64,000 nucleotides of DNA, taken from a virus. The notes under the pieces are model-generated. The model did no database searches. It had not been told where the DNA came from and saw nothing but the letters and a program-made list of their open reading frames with translations. Each line of letters begins with the position of its first letter. Within the stretch, counting starts at the first letter, position 1. The DNA is taken from IMG/VR virus record IMGVR_UViG_3300037475_000071, positions 36,156 to 100,155 of that record; one strand, 5' to 3'. The position numbers were made by a program, and so were the translations under genes. Below are positions 9,816-19,172 of the stretch, piece after piece.

Positions 9816-10216
9816 CCGATTCGGTTTCACAGATGTCAGAAAAGAAATCAGTAGAGTTTAGAACGGCGTTCTCCCGGGTAATGGAGACGTACGAGGAGGC
9901 CAGATCAGCACAGGTCAGCCATCCCCGCCGCGTCCTCATGAGCGACTCCGGCCCTGGTCGGGTGGCTCCATCCACGGTGGACTTCATTTGCGACGTTGAG
10001 CTCGCCGCCCTGCGTACCTTGAACTCAGAAGACTTCCGTGTATTCAAGACTGTCTACTGCGACCAAGAAGAAATATCCATGTTCCTACGGCGTACAGAAG
10101 TGTTCAAGCACATCGAGGACAGGATTATGAGAACCGTAGGGCGGGCTTTCAAACAACGTGGCATATCGTCCGCTAACTATTTCAAACCAGTCTATATCAC
10201 AAGGAAAAAGAAATGA
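9812..10216 (+). CDS. hypothetical protein
   Basis: ATGA-coupled ORF. Confidence 0.7.
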   Translation: MTDSVSQMSEKKSVEFRTAFSRVMETYEEARSAQVSHPRRVLMSDSGPGRVAPSTVDFICDVELAALRTLNSEDFRVFKTVYCDQEEISMFLRRTEVFKHIEDRIMRTVGRAFKQRGISSANYFKPVYITRKKK

Positions 10217-10545
10217 TCGAATTACCCGATAACGACAAAGTACAACAAGCACCTCCGCCCCCGAAGCATATTAAAGACGTGCGCTTCGTTGTTGTTCACT
10301 CAGACGGCCAAGTCGAAGCTCATTGGAAGATTGGCTACAACGAACTGCCGCAGTTACATGGAAAGGTTCAGCAGCTTCTTCAGCAGTTCTCCATCACGGG
10401 CATTACAGACATGAGCGGACTTGAAAGCAAGAGCGAGATTTCACACATCCCCGCTCACCGCATCAAGCGCATCCACGCCCACATCGACACCAACGTTATT
10501 GAGGTTGTATCGCCGGCACAGATACAAGGAAAGCTCCATGTCTAA
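10213..10545 (+). CDS. hypothetical protein
   Basis: ATGA-coupled ORF. Confidence 0.7.
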   Translation: MIELPDNDKVQQAPPPPKHIKDVRFVVVHSDGQVEAHWKIGYNELPQLHGKVQQLLQQFSITGITDMSGLESKSEISHIPAHRIKRIHAHIDTNVIEVVSPAQIQGKLHV

Positions 10546-10729
10546 GATTCACTTCGCCGTTCGTACGATTAACGGCAAGCTGGTAGCGCGGGAGGGCAAG
10601 TTCGGAACTGGTAAGCGGCTGCATTTCTACTGCGGCTTCTGCAAGGGGTGGTTTGTGTCTCGTCGGCAGCGCAACGACCACGTTAGCGGCTGCGTGGAAT
10701 ACCAGCCACGCCAGAGGAGAACACGTTGA
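10538..10729 (+). CDS. small basic Zn-finger protein
   Basis: MSKIHF...CGFC...H...C. Confidence 0.6.
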   Translation: MSKIHFAVRTINGKLVAREGKFGTGKRLHFYCGFCKGWFVSRRQRNDHVSGCVEYQPRQRRTR

Positions 10730-12570
10730 GCACAAAGAAAGAGAAGCTGAAAGCCTTGGAGAACGCCGCCGAAGCACTGGAGAAGACCCACGGAGAAGGT
10801 TCAATCATGCGAGTTGGTTCGCGCAAGATTGTCCCCATCGACGTTATCCCTACCCAGATATTCGAGCTTGACCACTACGTCATCGGGGCTGGTGGGTTTC
10901 CACGGGGGCGCATCGTGGAGGTGTACGGCCCAGAAGCGTGCTTGGACGGGGATTCGTTCATACAATACAGTATAAGAACCAAGGAAGGACGCCGCCAGAA
11001 TCAAAAGGGGGGAACAATACGGCGGCTGTTCCAACGCTTCAATAGTATTCCCACCAAGGGAAAAGGCTATTACCAGAGAGCTTGCACAAAAGACGCAGTA
11101 TTTTTCGCTACCTCTATAAATGAAGAAGGCAGGGTCTTTCAGAACAGGGTATTGGGTGTATTTTATGCTGGCGACAAGCCTTGTTTTAAGTTAACAACAC
11201 AATCAGGCAGGGCAATATTAGCGAGTGCAGATCACAAATTCTTTGTGGGGAACAAATACGTTGAACTAGGGTCGCTGCAAGTGGGAGACACACTATACAT
11301 ACACAACAACACTCGCTTTAAGTGTGGCGACAATACAGAACGCCCCTATAGAAAAGACTTACTCGTTAAACATCACCCCGTTGCTGGTACCAAAGTAATT
11401 GAAGGTAAGTACACTTACCATCGTATAGCTCAGTCCAGAGCCACAGTTGAAGCAGAAATGAATGGCATGTCCCTAGATGCCTACGTCGCTCTGCTCAATG
11501 CAGGAGACATCGAGGGAATACGGGTGCTCTCCCGTGAAGACCATGTACATCACATTGATGAGAACCCCTCAAATGATGCGTTGTCTAATCTGGTTGTAAT
11601 TATAGGAGAGGAACATAATAGGTTACACGCTACATTAAATCACAACTATTTGCGTTTCACAGCCGTACCCGATTCCGTTGCCTCCGTGGAATATGCGGGC
11701 GTTCGGGACACATATGACATCCGTATGGCTGCCCCCTTTAACAATTACGTAGCTAACGAATTCATAGTTCACAACTCAGGAAAAACCACCATCGCCCTTC
11801 AAGTGGTTGCCAACGTTCAACAGGGCGGAGGCACGGCTGCCTACATCGACGCTGAACACGCTCTCGACCTCAACTACGCACAGTCTCTCGGGGTAGAGAC
11901 CAACGATGTCTTCCTAAGCCAGCCTGATAACGGCGAACAGGCTCTGGAGATCGCAGACGGTCTCATCGAGACAGGAATGGTAGACATTGTTGTAGTTGAC
12001 TCCGTTGCTGCGCTGATTCCAGCGGCGGAATTGAATGGAGAAATGACCGACCAATTCATGGGACTGCAAGCACGTCTCATGGGTAAAGCCATGCGCAAGC
12101 TGGCTGGCAAGGTGCGCAGAACTGGTACCTGTCTCGTGTTCATTAACCAGATACGCGAGAAGATTGGCGTTCAATTTGGCTCACCAGAAACGACACCCGG
12201 TGGACGTGCACTGAAGTTTGCAGCGTCGTTGCGACTGGATGTACGCCGTACTGAGCAAGTGAAAGATGGAGAAGCTATTGTCGGAGCTAAGACCAAGTTC
12301 AAAGCCGCGAAGAACAAAATAGCTGCACCACTAAGGGAGTGCTCGGTTGACCTGCTGTATGGAACTGGGTTCGATAAGGCTGGCAGCCTGGTTGCGGCGG
12401 GGTTGAAGTACGGCGTAGTAGAGAAGTCAGGCTCTTGGTACAACGTATTCGGAGACCGTATCGGACAGGGAGCACTCAATGCAGCGCAGACTGTGCGTAG
12501 TAGTCCGGAGTTGTTCACCAAGATTGCGGCGGCGATTCTAAAGATTAAGGAAGAGGAGACTAAGAAATGA
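10726..12570 (+). CDS. recA: RecA recombinase, intein-containing
   Basis: GGFPRGRIVEVYGPEA/SGKTT, IDAEHALD, VVDSVAAL, GLQARLM, FINQIREKIG, ETTPGGRALKF. Confidence 0.96.
   Translation: MSTKKEKLKALENAAEALEKTHGEGSIMRVGSRKIVPIDVIPTQIFELDHYVIGAGGFPRGRIVEVYGPEACLDGDSFIQYSIRTKEGRRQNQKGGTIRRLFQRFNSIPTKGKGYYQRACTKDAVFFATSINEEGRVFQNRVLGVFYAGDKPCFKLTTQSGRAILASADHKFFVGNKYVELGSLQVGDTLYIHNNTRFKCGDNTERPYRKDLLVKHHPVAGTKVIEGKYTYHRIAQSRATVEAEMNGMSLDAYVALLNAGDIEGIRVLSREDHVHHIDENPSNDALSNLVVIIGEEHNRLHATLNHNYLRFTAVPDSVASVEYAGVRDTYDIRMAAPFNNYVANEFIVHNSGKTTIALQVVANVQQGGGTAAYIDAEHALDLNYAQSLGVETNDVFLSQPDNGEQALEIADGLIETGMVDIVVVDSVAALIPAAELNGEMTDQFMGLQARLMGKAMRKLAGKVRRTGTCLVFINQIREKIGVQFGSPETTPGGRALKFAASLRLDVRRTEQVKDGEAIVGAKTKFKAAKNKIAAPLRECSVDLLYGTGFDKAGSLVAAGLKYGVVEKSGSWYNVFGDRIGQGALNAAQTVRSSPELFTKIAAAILKIKEEETKK
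10939..11775 (+). mobile_element. 279 aa intein with HNH homing endonuclease, inserted in the RecA Walker A
   Basis: Starts CLDGDS, block B ASADHKF, HVHHIDENPSND..NL...HNRLH, ends TYDI...HN followed by Ser(+1) of SGKTT. Confidence 0.93.
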
Positions 12571-12761
12571 CCTCACAACAATTTTTGAAGTCTGTTTACG
12601 CAGAGTTGCAGGCTGACGGCCATTGCGCAGCAGGGTACGTGGAGCAAGACAATGGCTTAGATGTTTATTACGAGAAGTACAACTATAAGACGTTTAGTTC
12701 TTGTCCATTTGGTAAGGCTATTACCAAAGCGTTCAACAAGCTAAACAGGGCTAAAAAGTAA
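12567..12761 (+). CDS. hypothetical protein
   Basis: ATGA/TAATG coupling on both sides. Confidence 0.6.
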   Translation: MTSQQFLKSVYAELQADGHCAAGYVEQDNGLDVYYEKYNYKTFSSCPFGKAITKAFNKLNRAKK

Positions 12762-13210
12762 TGCCCTTATTCGTTAAGAAGCTAGACCCGCGAGCAACGG
12801 TGCCCACCTGCGCTCATCCCGGCGAAGACCTTGCGTATGACCTCTATGCGTTGGAGGACATTAGGATTGGCGGCCCAGCCACTAAGGTGCGAACCGGAAT
12901 CGCCATGCAGCATGACCGTCAGTACGAATGCCTCACGCGCTTAGGGTTCCTGTTAAGAGACCGCTCTTCCATGGCGGCCAAGGGAGTGTTTGTTACAGGC
13001 GGAGTTATAGACGCAGGATACACTGGGGAAATAATAGTGTTGATGTCAACTATCTTAACTTCATACCAAATAAAGGCCGGAGATAAGATAGTACAAGCAG
13101 TTCCCTTCCCCGTTTTAACCGCCGAAATTGGCCCTATCACGTTGGTGGAAGGCGGCCAAGAGCTTATAGGCACCCGCGGCGACAAAGGCTTTGGTAGTTC
13201 CGGTAGATAA
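12761..13210 (+). CDS. dut: trimeric dUTPase
   Basis: AYDLYA, DRSSMA, GVIDAGYTGEI, GDKIVQ, RGDKGFGSSG. Confidence 0.95.
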   Translation: MPLFVKKLDPRATVPTCAHPGEDLAYDLYALEDIRIGGPATKVRTGIAMQHDRQYECLTRLGFLLRDRSSMAAKGVFVTGGVIDAGYTGEIIVLMSTILTSYQIKAGDKIVQAVPFPVLTAEIGPITLVEGGQELIGTRGDKGFGSSGR

Positions 13211-13251
13211 CCCTTAACAATTTAATACAGATTAGGAAAACTCATAAAGCA

Positions 13252-14922
13252 ATGGGTCAGGACGTAGTTACGCAATCATCGCAAGAAATGTCGGTATTCG
13301 CCCAAACAATCTTAGCTCAGAAGTACGCACATGATTTGAAAGATGGAGGTAAAGAGACGTGGCACGATGTAGCCACGAGAGTGGGGCGCACGGTGTTGCG
13401 TTCAGTGAACGCGCCGAAGTCTCTCATCGACCAAGCCGTTGAATTCATAGCTCTGCGTAAGTTCATTCCCGGTGGTCGCTACTTGTATGCAACTGGTCGC
13501 CCGTTCCACCAAGTTCAGAACTGTCTGCTCCTCAAAGCAGAGGACAGCCGCGAGGGTTGGTCTGAACTGATGCAAAAAATAACAATGGCTTTGATGACTG
13601 GGGCTGGTATCGGAGTGGACTACTCTGACATTCGCGCCGAGGGTAAAGCCATCCGTAAGACAGGAGGAGTAGCTACTGGGCCGATCGCCCTGGCTTGCAT
13701 GATTAACGAGGCGGGTAGGGGAATCATGCAAGGAGGCTCACGTCGCTCAGCAATATGGGCCGGGTTGTCTTGGAGCCACCCCGACGTAATGAAGTTTATT
13801 GCCATCAAGAACTGGATTCCGGAAGTCCGCTCATTAAAAGAACGTGACTTCAATTTCCCTGCAACTCTGGACGGCACCAACATCAGCGTCCAGTTGAACG
13901 ACGAGTTCTTCCGCGCCTACAACAATGAGAAGCATTCGCTACACGGCCATGCACACGCAGTTTACTGGGCTGTAGTCGGGCAGATGCTTAAGACCGCAGA
14001 GCCGGGCTTCAGTATTGACACTGGTGAAAACTCGAAAGAGACCCTACGCAATGCCTGTACCGAAGTGACCAGCGCAGATGATAGCGACATTTGCAATCTC
14101 GGCTCCATCAACATGGCGCGGGTCACTAGCCTCGAAGAAATGAAAGCACTGGTAGAAGTTGCCACAGCATTTCTTTTAGCTGGCACCGTGTATAGCGACG
14201 TTCCCTACGCCAAGGTGGACATGGTTCGCACGAAGAACCGCCGTCTCGGGCTGGGTTTAATGGGTGTGCACGAGTGGCTGCTGCTCAACGGCAAACGCTA
14301 CGGAGCGGATGCTGACCTCGATAAATACCTTGAGATATACGCCACTAGCACCGACGTTGCAGCGCAGTACGCAAACAAGTGGGACTTGTCTAAGCCAGTG
14401 AAAACAAGGGCGATAGCTCCTACAGGAACCATCGGAATTTTAGCAGAAACTTCAACCGGCCTTGAGCCCCTGTTCTGCGCGGCGTTCAAACGTCGGTATG
14501 CCAAGGGCAGCGTATGGAATTACCAATACGTATTAGACCCTACTGCTAAACGCTTAATTGAAGAGCAAGGCGTAGCTCCCGAGAGTATCGAAGATGCCTA
14601 CGTTCTGGCGGAAGATGTGGAACGCAGGGTAGCGTTTCAGGCTCACGTTCAGAAGTACGTAGACCATGCTATCTCCTCCACCATAAACCTGCCGCAATGG
14701 GGCAGCGAGCTAAACAATAGCGACACCGTGCAGAAGTTCGGAAAGATGCTTATCAAATATCTTCCACAGCTTCGCGGGATTACTACCTATCCTGATGGAG
14801 CCAGAAACGGGCAGCCACTAACTCCCGTCAAATGGGCCACCGCAATTAAGCACGTTGGGCAGACATTTATTGAATCTACTGACGTGTGCGACTTGACCCG
14901 TGGGGGAAGTTGTGGCTCTTGA
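13252..14922 (+). CDS. nrdJ: class II (B12-dependent) ribonucleotide reductase
   Basis: PGGRYL, NC, RRSA, NACTE, CNLGSIN, IAPTGT, GITTYPDG (no class I YY), C-terminal Cys pair; no small-subunit gene adjacent. Confidence 0.9.
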   Translation: MGQDVVTQSSQEMSVFAQTILAQKYAHDLKDGGKETWHDVATRVGRTVLRSVNAPKSLIDQAVEFIALRKFIPGGRYLYATGRPFHQVQNCLLLKAEDSREGWSELMQKITMALMTGAGIGVDYSDIRAEGKAIRKTGGVATGPIALACMINEAGRGIMQGGSRRSAIWAGLSWSHPDVMKFIAIKNWIPEVRSLKERDFNFPATLDGTNISVQLNDEFFRAYNNEKHSLHGHAHAVYWAVVGQMLKTAEPGFSIDTGENSKETLRNACTEVTSADDSDICNLGSINMARVTSLEEMKALVEVATAFLLAGTVYSDVPYAKVDMVRTKNRRLGLGLMGVHEWLLLNGKRYGADADLDKYLEIYATSTDVAAQYANKWDLSKPVKTRAIAPTGTIGILAETSTGLEPLFCAAFKRRYAKGSVWNYQYVLDPTAKRLIEEQGVAPESIEDAYVLAEDVERRVAFQAHVQKYVDHAISSTINLPQWGSELNNSDTVQKFGKMLIKYLPQLRGITTYPDGARNGQPLTPVKWATAIKHVGQTFIESTDVCDLTRGGSCGS

Positions 14923-15462
14923 GGAGAGTAATGCTATCAGGGTTGAATTAAGACAACGCGGCACACAGAAAGGGGGAAAATATAAGAGGAGAGAATCTTT
15001 TTATGTCTATCTCTGCTCTGCGTGTGGCAAAGAGATTGCTTTCACATACAGCGAACTGCGTCGTGTATCAGGCAGGTGCAAAACATGCTCGAATAAGGAA
15101 ACTGGAAAGAAAACATCAATTAGGGAGCGCCTTGAACCATACAAGGCGCTCTTCAATAAGTTTATGTATGACCGCGCAAGAGATAATCACGATGTCGATT
15201 TAACGTTTTTAGACTTTTTAGAGTTCACCGCGATAAGGTATGTCATTATTGTGGCAATACCGTTACTTGGGCGACTCACAATCTTCAGAAAAATGGTTAC
15301 CGCTATAATCTCGATCGCAAAGACAACGATGTTGGCTACCTAAAATACAACGTTGTTGTCTGCTGTTGGCGTTGCAACGAAACAAAAGCTGACCGATTTA
15401 CGTACGAGCAGTTCGTTCAGATAGGAGCCGTCATTCGTTCGTGGTCGTTAAATACCAGTTGA
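14900..15462 (+). pseudogene. HNH-type endonuclease broken by a frameshift near 15239
   Basis: ORF 14900 reads ...LTFLDFLEFTAIR; the -1 frame from 15241 reads CHYCG...NLDRKDNDVGY...NVVVCCWRCNETK to TGA at 15460-62. Confidence 0.8.
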
Positions 15463-15488
15463 CATCACACATGTCCTTGGTGTATCTT
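15459..15488 (+). promoter_or_regulatory. sigma70-like promoter P2
   Basis: TTGACA-18-TATCTT with ACAC...GTGT dyad. Confidence 0.6.
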
Positions 15489-15492
15489 CACT

Positions 15493-15580
15493 GAAGTGGG
15501 GCCACAGTAGTCATATTCATTTCCCTGCTACGCAGTAGGAAATAACACAAGCGACGTAATCCTGTGGCCATCCCGCTTCC
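15493..15580 (+). ncRNA. rod-like structured RNA or 5' leader
   Basis: Nested stems GAAGTGGG/CCCGCTTC, GCCACAG/CTGTGGC, ATTTCC/GGAAAT, CTGC/GCAG immediately after P2. Confidence 0.5.
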
Positions 15581-15600
15581 CACCTTGAAGGAGACCTTAT

Positions 15601-15759
15601 TTGTCAGCGAGTGAACACTACAACCGAGTCAACGAACTACTCAAAGAAATCTTCACGGACAAGAAAGAAGATTCAGGCCAGCCGGGGCCACACTACGTCC
15701 CCAACTCAGTAGTCGTCGTTCCACCCAGCCCACGGCCATCTCAGGGCGAGAAATACTAG
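15601..15759 (+). CDS. small hypothetical protein (52 aa, not in ORF track)
   Basis: GAAGGAG RBS, TTG start, MSASEHYNRVNELLKEIF... Confidence 0.55.
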   Translation: MSASEHYNRVNELLKEIFTDKKEDSGQPGPHYVPNSVVVVPPSPRPSQGEKY

Positions 15760-15777
15760 AAAGGCTCAGACAACCAC

Positions 15778-16188
15778 ATGGATTTGTTAGTACAGAGAAA
15801 GATATTTTCAGACAACAGCACCATCGGCGACCTGCTCATCAATGGCGAGAAATTCTGCAACACGCTGGAGCCGCGCAAAGACCAGTCCAAAGGCAAACCA
15901 TACCTCACGCCTGCGGGAACCTACGAAGTCAAAATCTTCTTCTCACCAAAGTTTAATCGCAAGATGCCGCACGTCATGGATGTGCCGGGGTTTGACGCCA
16001 TAGAAATTCATAATGGTTCGCTACCGGCAAATACTCACGGATGCACGATGGTAGGAGTTTATCACCCAGGTACTCCCGACTTCATTAACCACAGCGTGGA
16101 CACCTTCGACAAGTTCTACGACCTGTTGGTTAAGGAAGAGTCCGGCAACAAGAATACATTCATCACCTACGTGGAGGTGACGGCGTGA
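15778..16188 (+). CDS. DUF5675-like protein (L,D-transpeptidase-like fold, candidate endolysin)
   Basis: STIGDL..NG..FC.TLE, PAGTY, SPKF, VPGF..I.IH.G......GC..VG. Confidence 0.8.
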   Translation: MDLLVQRKIFSDNSTIGDLLINGEKFCNTLEPRKDQSKGKPYLTPAGTYEVKIFFSPKFNRKMPHVMDVPGFDAIEIHNGSLPANTHGCTMVGVYHPGTPDFINHSVDTFDKFYDLLVKEESGNKNTFITYVEVTA

Positions 16189-16409
16189 TAGATGATTACG
16201 CTAACGAGTACCGTCAGGACTATTGCCGAGTCATGGTATGGAGCAATGAACCGATACCTGACGATGAAATGAAGAAACTTCAATATGCTCTGGGAGAAAC
16301 CTTAAAGCAATTCCCTTGGGCTAACTTCGGTATAGAAGGATCATCCTCCACGGCTGTAAAGACTACCAAACCCGCAATGCATTGGGCTACAGCAAAGGAC
16401 GACCAATGA
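16185..16409 (+). CDS. hypothetical protein
   Basis: GGAGG RBS, GTGA overlap. Confidence 0.6.
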   Translation: MIDDYANEYRQDYCRVMVWSNEPIPDDEMKKLQYALGETLKQFPWANFGIEGSSSTAVKTTKPAMHWATAKDDQ

Positions 16410-16648
16410 GACTCCGCACAATAGACCCAGAAGCAGAACGCGAACGCCGTCGCCTACTGGCCATCAACAAGGGAGACGAGGTTACCTACGAAGGCGTCAC
16501 CTACATCGTCACCCAGGTCGGCAGCAAGTGGGTGCACATGTACCGCAAGGTTGACCCACAGCGGCGGGACTCGGTGGCCTTCAAGTCAACGTTGAGCAAG
16601 GCCATCCCTATGCCGGTTCAGGAAGCATTGCCGGGACTGCCTAAATAG
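16406..16648 (+). CDS. hypothetical protein (SH3-like)
   Basis: ATGA overlap; KGDEVTYEGVTYIV. Confidence 0.6.
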   Translation: MRLRTIDPEAERERRRLLAINKGDEVTYEGVTYIVTQVGSKWVHMYRKVDPQRRDSVAFKSTLSKAIPMPVQEALPGLPK

Positions 16649-16650
16649 CT

Positions 16651-17007
16651 ATGGAATACGAAGATTTTCCTAGGAGTAACAAAGCACTTCTTTCAGAAAC
16701 ATCCACGCGAGAGCAGTTTCTAATTGAGTTGCTAGACCTACTGAAAGAGCACCACCAAGTCGCGCTAGCTTCTCTGAAGTACAAAGAGGGACTAGCAATG
16801 ACTGAAGTGGAGATCAAATTGAGGCACGCCATTGACATTCTCAATAACGTTTATGACAAGTATGGCGTTGAGGCTTCTGGATCGTTTGGATTTTATCGTG
16901 ATGAGGTGGATGCCTCACACAGGTACCGTACTAGCGATATGGATAGGGAGCGTATTGCTGGGGATACTGACAAGCCATCTGTGGACGATGCTACGGGGCA
17001 ATCGTGA
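16651..17007 (+). CDS. hypothetical protein
   Basis: ORF tiles the operon. Confidence 0.6.
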   Translation: MEYEDFPRSNKALLSETSTREQFLIELLDLLKEHHQVALASLKYKEGLAMTEVEIKLRHAIDILNNVYDKYGVEASGSFGFYRDEVDASHRYRTSDMDRERIAGDTDKPSVDDATGQS

Positions 17008-17450
17008 GTGAACTGTGGGATAGGCGGTTTTTAGCTATGGCCAAGCTTGTGTCCACGTTCAGCAAAGACCCCTCGACGCAAACAGGGGCAGTCATTGTTC
17101 GCCCCGACAAATCCGTGGCGTCTGTTGGGTACAACGGGTTCCCTCGTGGTATGTCTGATTATCCAGAGTTGCTAGAAAACCGTGAGGAAAAGTATTCACG
17201 CATCGTGCACTGCGAAATCAACGCATTGATACACGCGAACGAACGTGTCGTAGGACACACCCTATATACGGTTCCTTTTCTCTCATGCGAGCGGTGCTGT
17301 GTTCAGATGCTTCAAGCTGGTATTGCCAGATTCGTAGCTCCCAAGGCAACACCAGAGCAGTTAACTAGGTGGGGAGCTGCCTTCGATAGGACAAAACGCT
17401 ACTGCCAAGAAGTCGGCGTACCCGTAGAGGAGATTGATGCAAACCTATAA
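17004..17450 (+). CDS. dCMP deaminase
   Basis: WDRRFL, SKDPSTQTGAVIV, GYNGFP, HCEINA, CERC. Confidence 0.93.
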   Translation: MSELWDRRFLAMAKLVSTFSKDPSTQTGAVIVRPDKSVASVGYNGFPRGMSDYPELLENREEKYSRIVHCEINALIHANERVVGHTLYTVPFLSCERCCVQMLQAGIARFVAPKATPEQLTRWGAAFDRTKRYCQEVGVPVEEIDANL

Positions 17451-17664
17451 CCCCGCAACAAAGTGCCCCAAGTGCGGCCACGACAAAGTTGAAACGTCAT
17501 ACCGCGACACACTTGACCTCTTACGGCGTACTTGTGAGAGGTGCAGCTACAACTGGCAGGAGTTGCCGCTGGACAGCGTAGGGCAGGTACTGCCTATCAG
17601 TCCGGTGCCGGTAATTGCCCTGAACGACCCTGTTACGGACAAAAATAATGACCTGCCGTTCTAA
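17434..17664 (+). CDS. Zn-ribbon protein with DLPF C-terminus
   Basis: CPKC...CERC; ends NNDLPF. Confidence 0.65.
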   Translation: MMQTYNPATKCPKCGHDKVETSYRDTLDLLRRTCERCSYNWQELPLDSVGQVLPISPVPVIALNDPVTDKNNDLPF

Positions 17665-18049
17665 AAACAAATGGTTCATTCAGGAATGGGGAACGCTTCC
17701 CAACGAGACCTTGGTTATCGTCGGCATGACGCAGAAGCAAATCGTTGCGCGGATGAAGCGCAGCAAGTTCCACAAGGATGTAGTAGATGCGTTCAAGCGT
17801 AGTGAACCACTGGAAGACGCCAGCGCATGGGTGTGGTTGAGGCAGGGCAGAACTGTGTTGTGGTTTCCAGACTGGAAGGACGATTGGAGTCACTACAACA
17901 CCCTGCTCCACGAGACCAACCATCTGGTCTACCACATCATCCGCGACAAGGGCATGACGGACGAGATAGAAGCGCAGGCATACCAGCACGAGTACCTGTT
18001 CGACAACATCCGGCGCAGACTGTGCGCCAAACCAAAGAGGAAAAAGTAA
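17648..18049 (+). CDS. HExxH-motif protein (putative metallopeptidase)
   Basis: LLHETNH...EAQAY. Confidence 0.7.
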   Translation: MTCRSKNKWFIQEWGTLPNETLVIVGMTQKQIVARMKRSKFHKDVVDAFKRSEPLEDASAWVWLRQGRTVLWFPDWKDDWSHYNTLLHETNHLVYHIIRDKGMTDEIEAQAYQHEYLFDNIRRRLCAKPKRKK

Positions 18050-18552
18050 TGGTCACAGTAATCTTCAGCACTGAGAAAGATTTAGTCAGCGGCACCATCC
18101 GCGCTTTTACTTGGTCGTCAGTGTCGCACGTCGATATTCGCCTTCCGGCCGGATTGAAGTACGGCAATGGCCGCGTCACCGAGAATGGAGACCTCGTTGG
18201 AGCGCGGTTCGCCCAAGACAAAGGGCTCAACAAGGGCGTCAGCGTCCGGCCTTGGAACTACCACAAGACCTCGAAGGAAATCTGGACGGTTAGCGACACC
18301 ACGCCAGAGACCGACGCCAAGATTTACGAAGCGGCTCTGTCGCAGGTGGGGAAGCCATACGACTTGAGCGGCATTGCAAACTTCGCTTTACACCGCGATT
18401 GGCGCGAGGAAGATAGCTTTTTTTGCAGCGAGCTGGTTGCGTGGGCGTTTGAACAGGCTGGAGCACCTCTGCTTAACGGCAACTGCAATCGCATTACACC
18501 GGGAATGCTGCTGATGTCTCCCCTCTTAAAGGTAGTCGCAGAAAAGCGGTAG
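18049..18552 (+). CDS. permuted papain-like NlpC/P60 enzyme (YiiX/YebB-like)
   Basis: TWSSVSHV, A.SQVGKPYD, FCSELVAWAF, ITPG.L; His precedes Cys; start moved to ATG 18049. Confidence 0.85.
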   Translation: MVTVIFSTEKDLVSGTIRAFTWSSVSHVDIRLPAGLKYGNGRVTENGDLVGARFAQDKGLNKGVSVRPWNYHKTSKEIWTVSDTTPETDAKIYEAALSQVGKPYDLSGIANFALHRDWREEDSFFCSELVAWAFEQAGAPLLNGNCNRITPGMLLMSPLLKVVAEKR

Positions 18553-18558
18553 AACTCA

Positions 18559-19146
18559 ATGACAAAACAGTGCTCCATGTGCAGAGAGGTGAAACCTGTC
18601 TCTGAGTTTAATAAAACCAATTCCAAGCACCCTAGCCATAGGTATTGTCGTTACTGTAGAGAATGTCAGAAATTCGCCTACTCTGAATGGGTAGCCAAGA
18701 ACAAAGAAAGAAAACTCAAAGCCGTTAAAGAGTATCAAAGAGCCAATGTATCTTGGATAGCCATCCAGGACAAACGCCGATACGACAACGGGGGAAAGGA
18801 AAGACAACAAGCACATATCAGTGCAAACAGAGACCAATACAACAGTTACAACAACGCGGCCAGAGCACGCAAGAAAAATGCTGAAGGAGCCTATACCGCC
18901 GAAGATGTTCAACGTATGCTGCTCGCCCAATCAGGTCTCTGTAACGGCTGCGGAAAACCCATGATGCCCTACTGCGTAGACCACATAATCCCTCTCAACG
19001 ACCACGGCACCAACTGGCCGGACAATCTCCAGTTGCTGTGCCGGAGTTGCAACTGCAAGAAGAGCGACTTGGACTGGGAAGAATTCCTCTCACGATTGTC
19101 AGCGGAAAAAATTTTGCTTGACGCTACACATGAGTTGTGTGTATAG
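18559..19146 (+). CDS. HNH endonuclease
   Basis: N-terminal CSMC..CREC; CNGC, VDHIIPL..HG.N...NLQLLCRSCN..K. Confidence 0.9.
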   Translation: MTKQCSMCREVKPVSEFNKTNSKHPSHRYCRYCRECQKFAYSEWVAKNKERKLKAVKEYQRANVSWIAIQDKRRYDNGGKERQQAHISANRDQYNSYNNAARARKKNAEGAYTAEDVQRMLLAQSGLCNGCGKPMMPYCVDHIIPLNDHGTNWPDNLQLLCRSCNCKKSDLDWEEFLSRLSAEKILLDATHELCV

Positions 19147-19147
19147 T
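19118..19147 (+). promoter_or_regulatory. sigma70-like promoter P3
   Basis: TTGACG-18-TATAGT with ACAC...GTGT dyad. Confidence 0.65.
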
Positions 19148-19172
19148 CACATCATCAGGTCAGGAGGTTTGT

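Noticed and set aside
17827-18048. N-terminal extension of the NlpC/P60 ORF
   Set aside because: Overlaps the HExxH gene out of frame; TAATG coupling points to 18049
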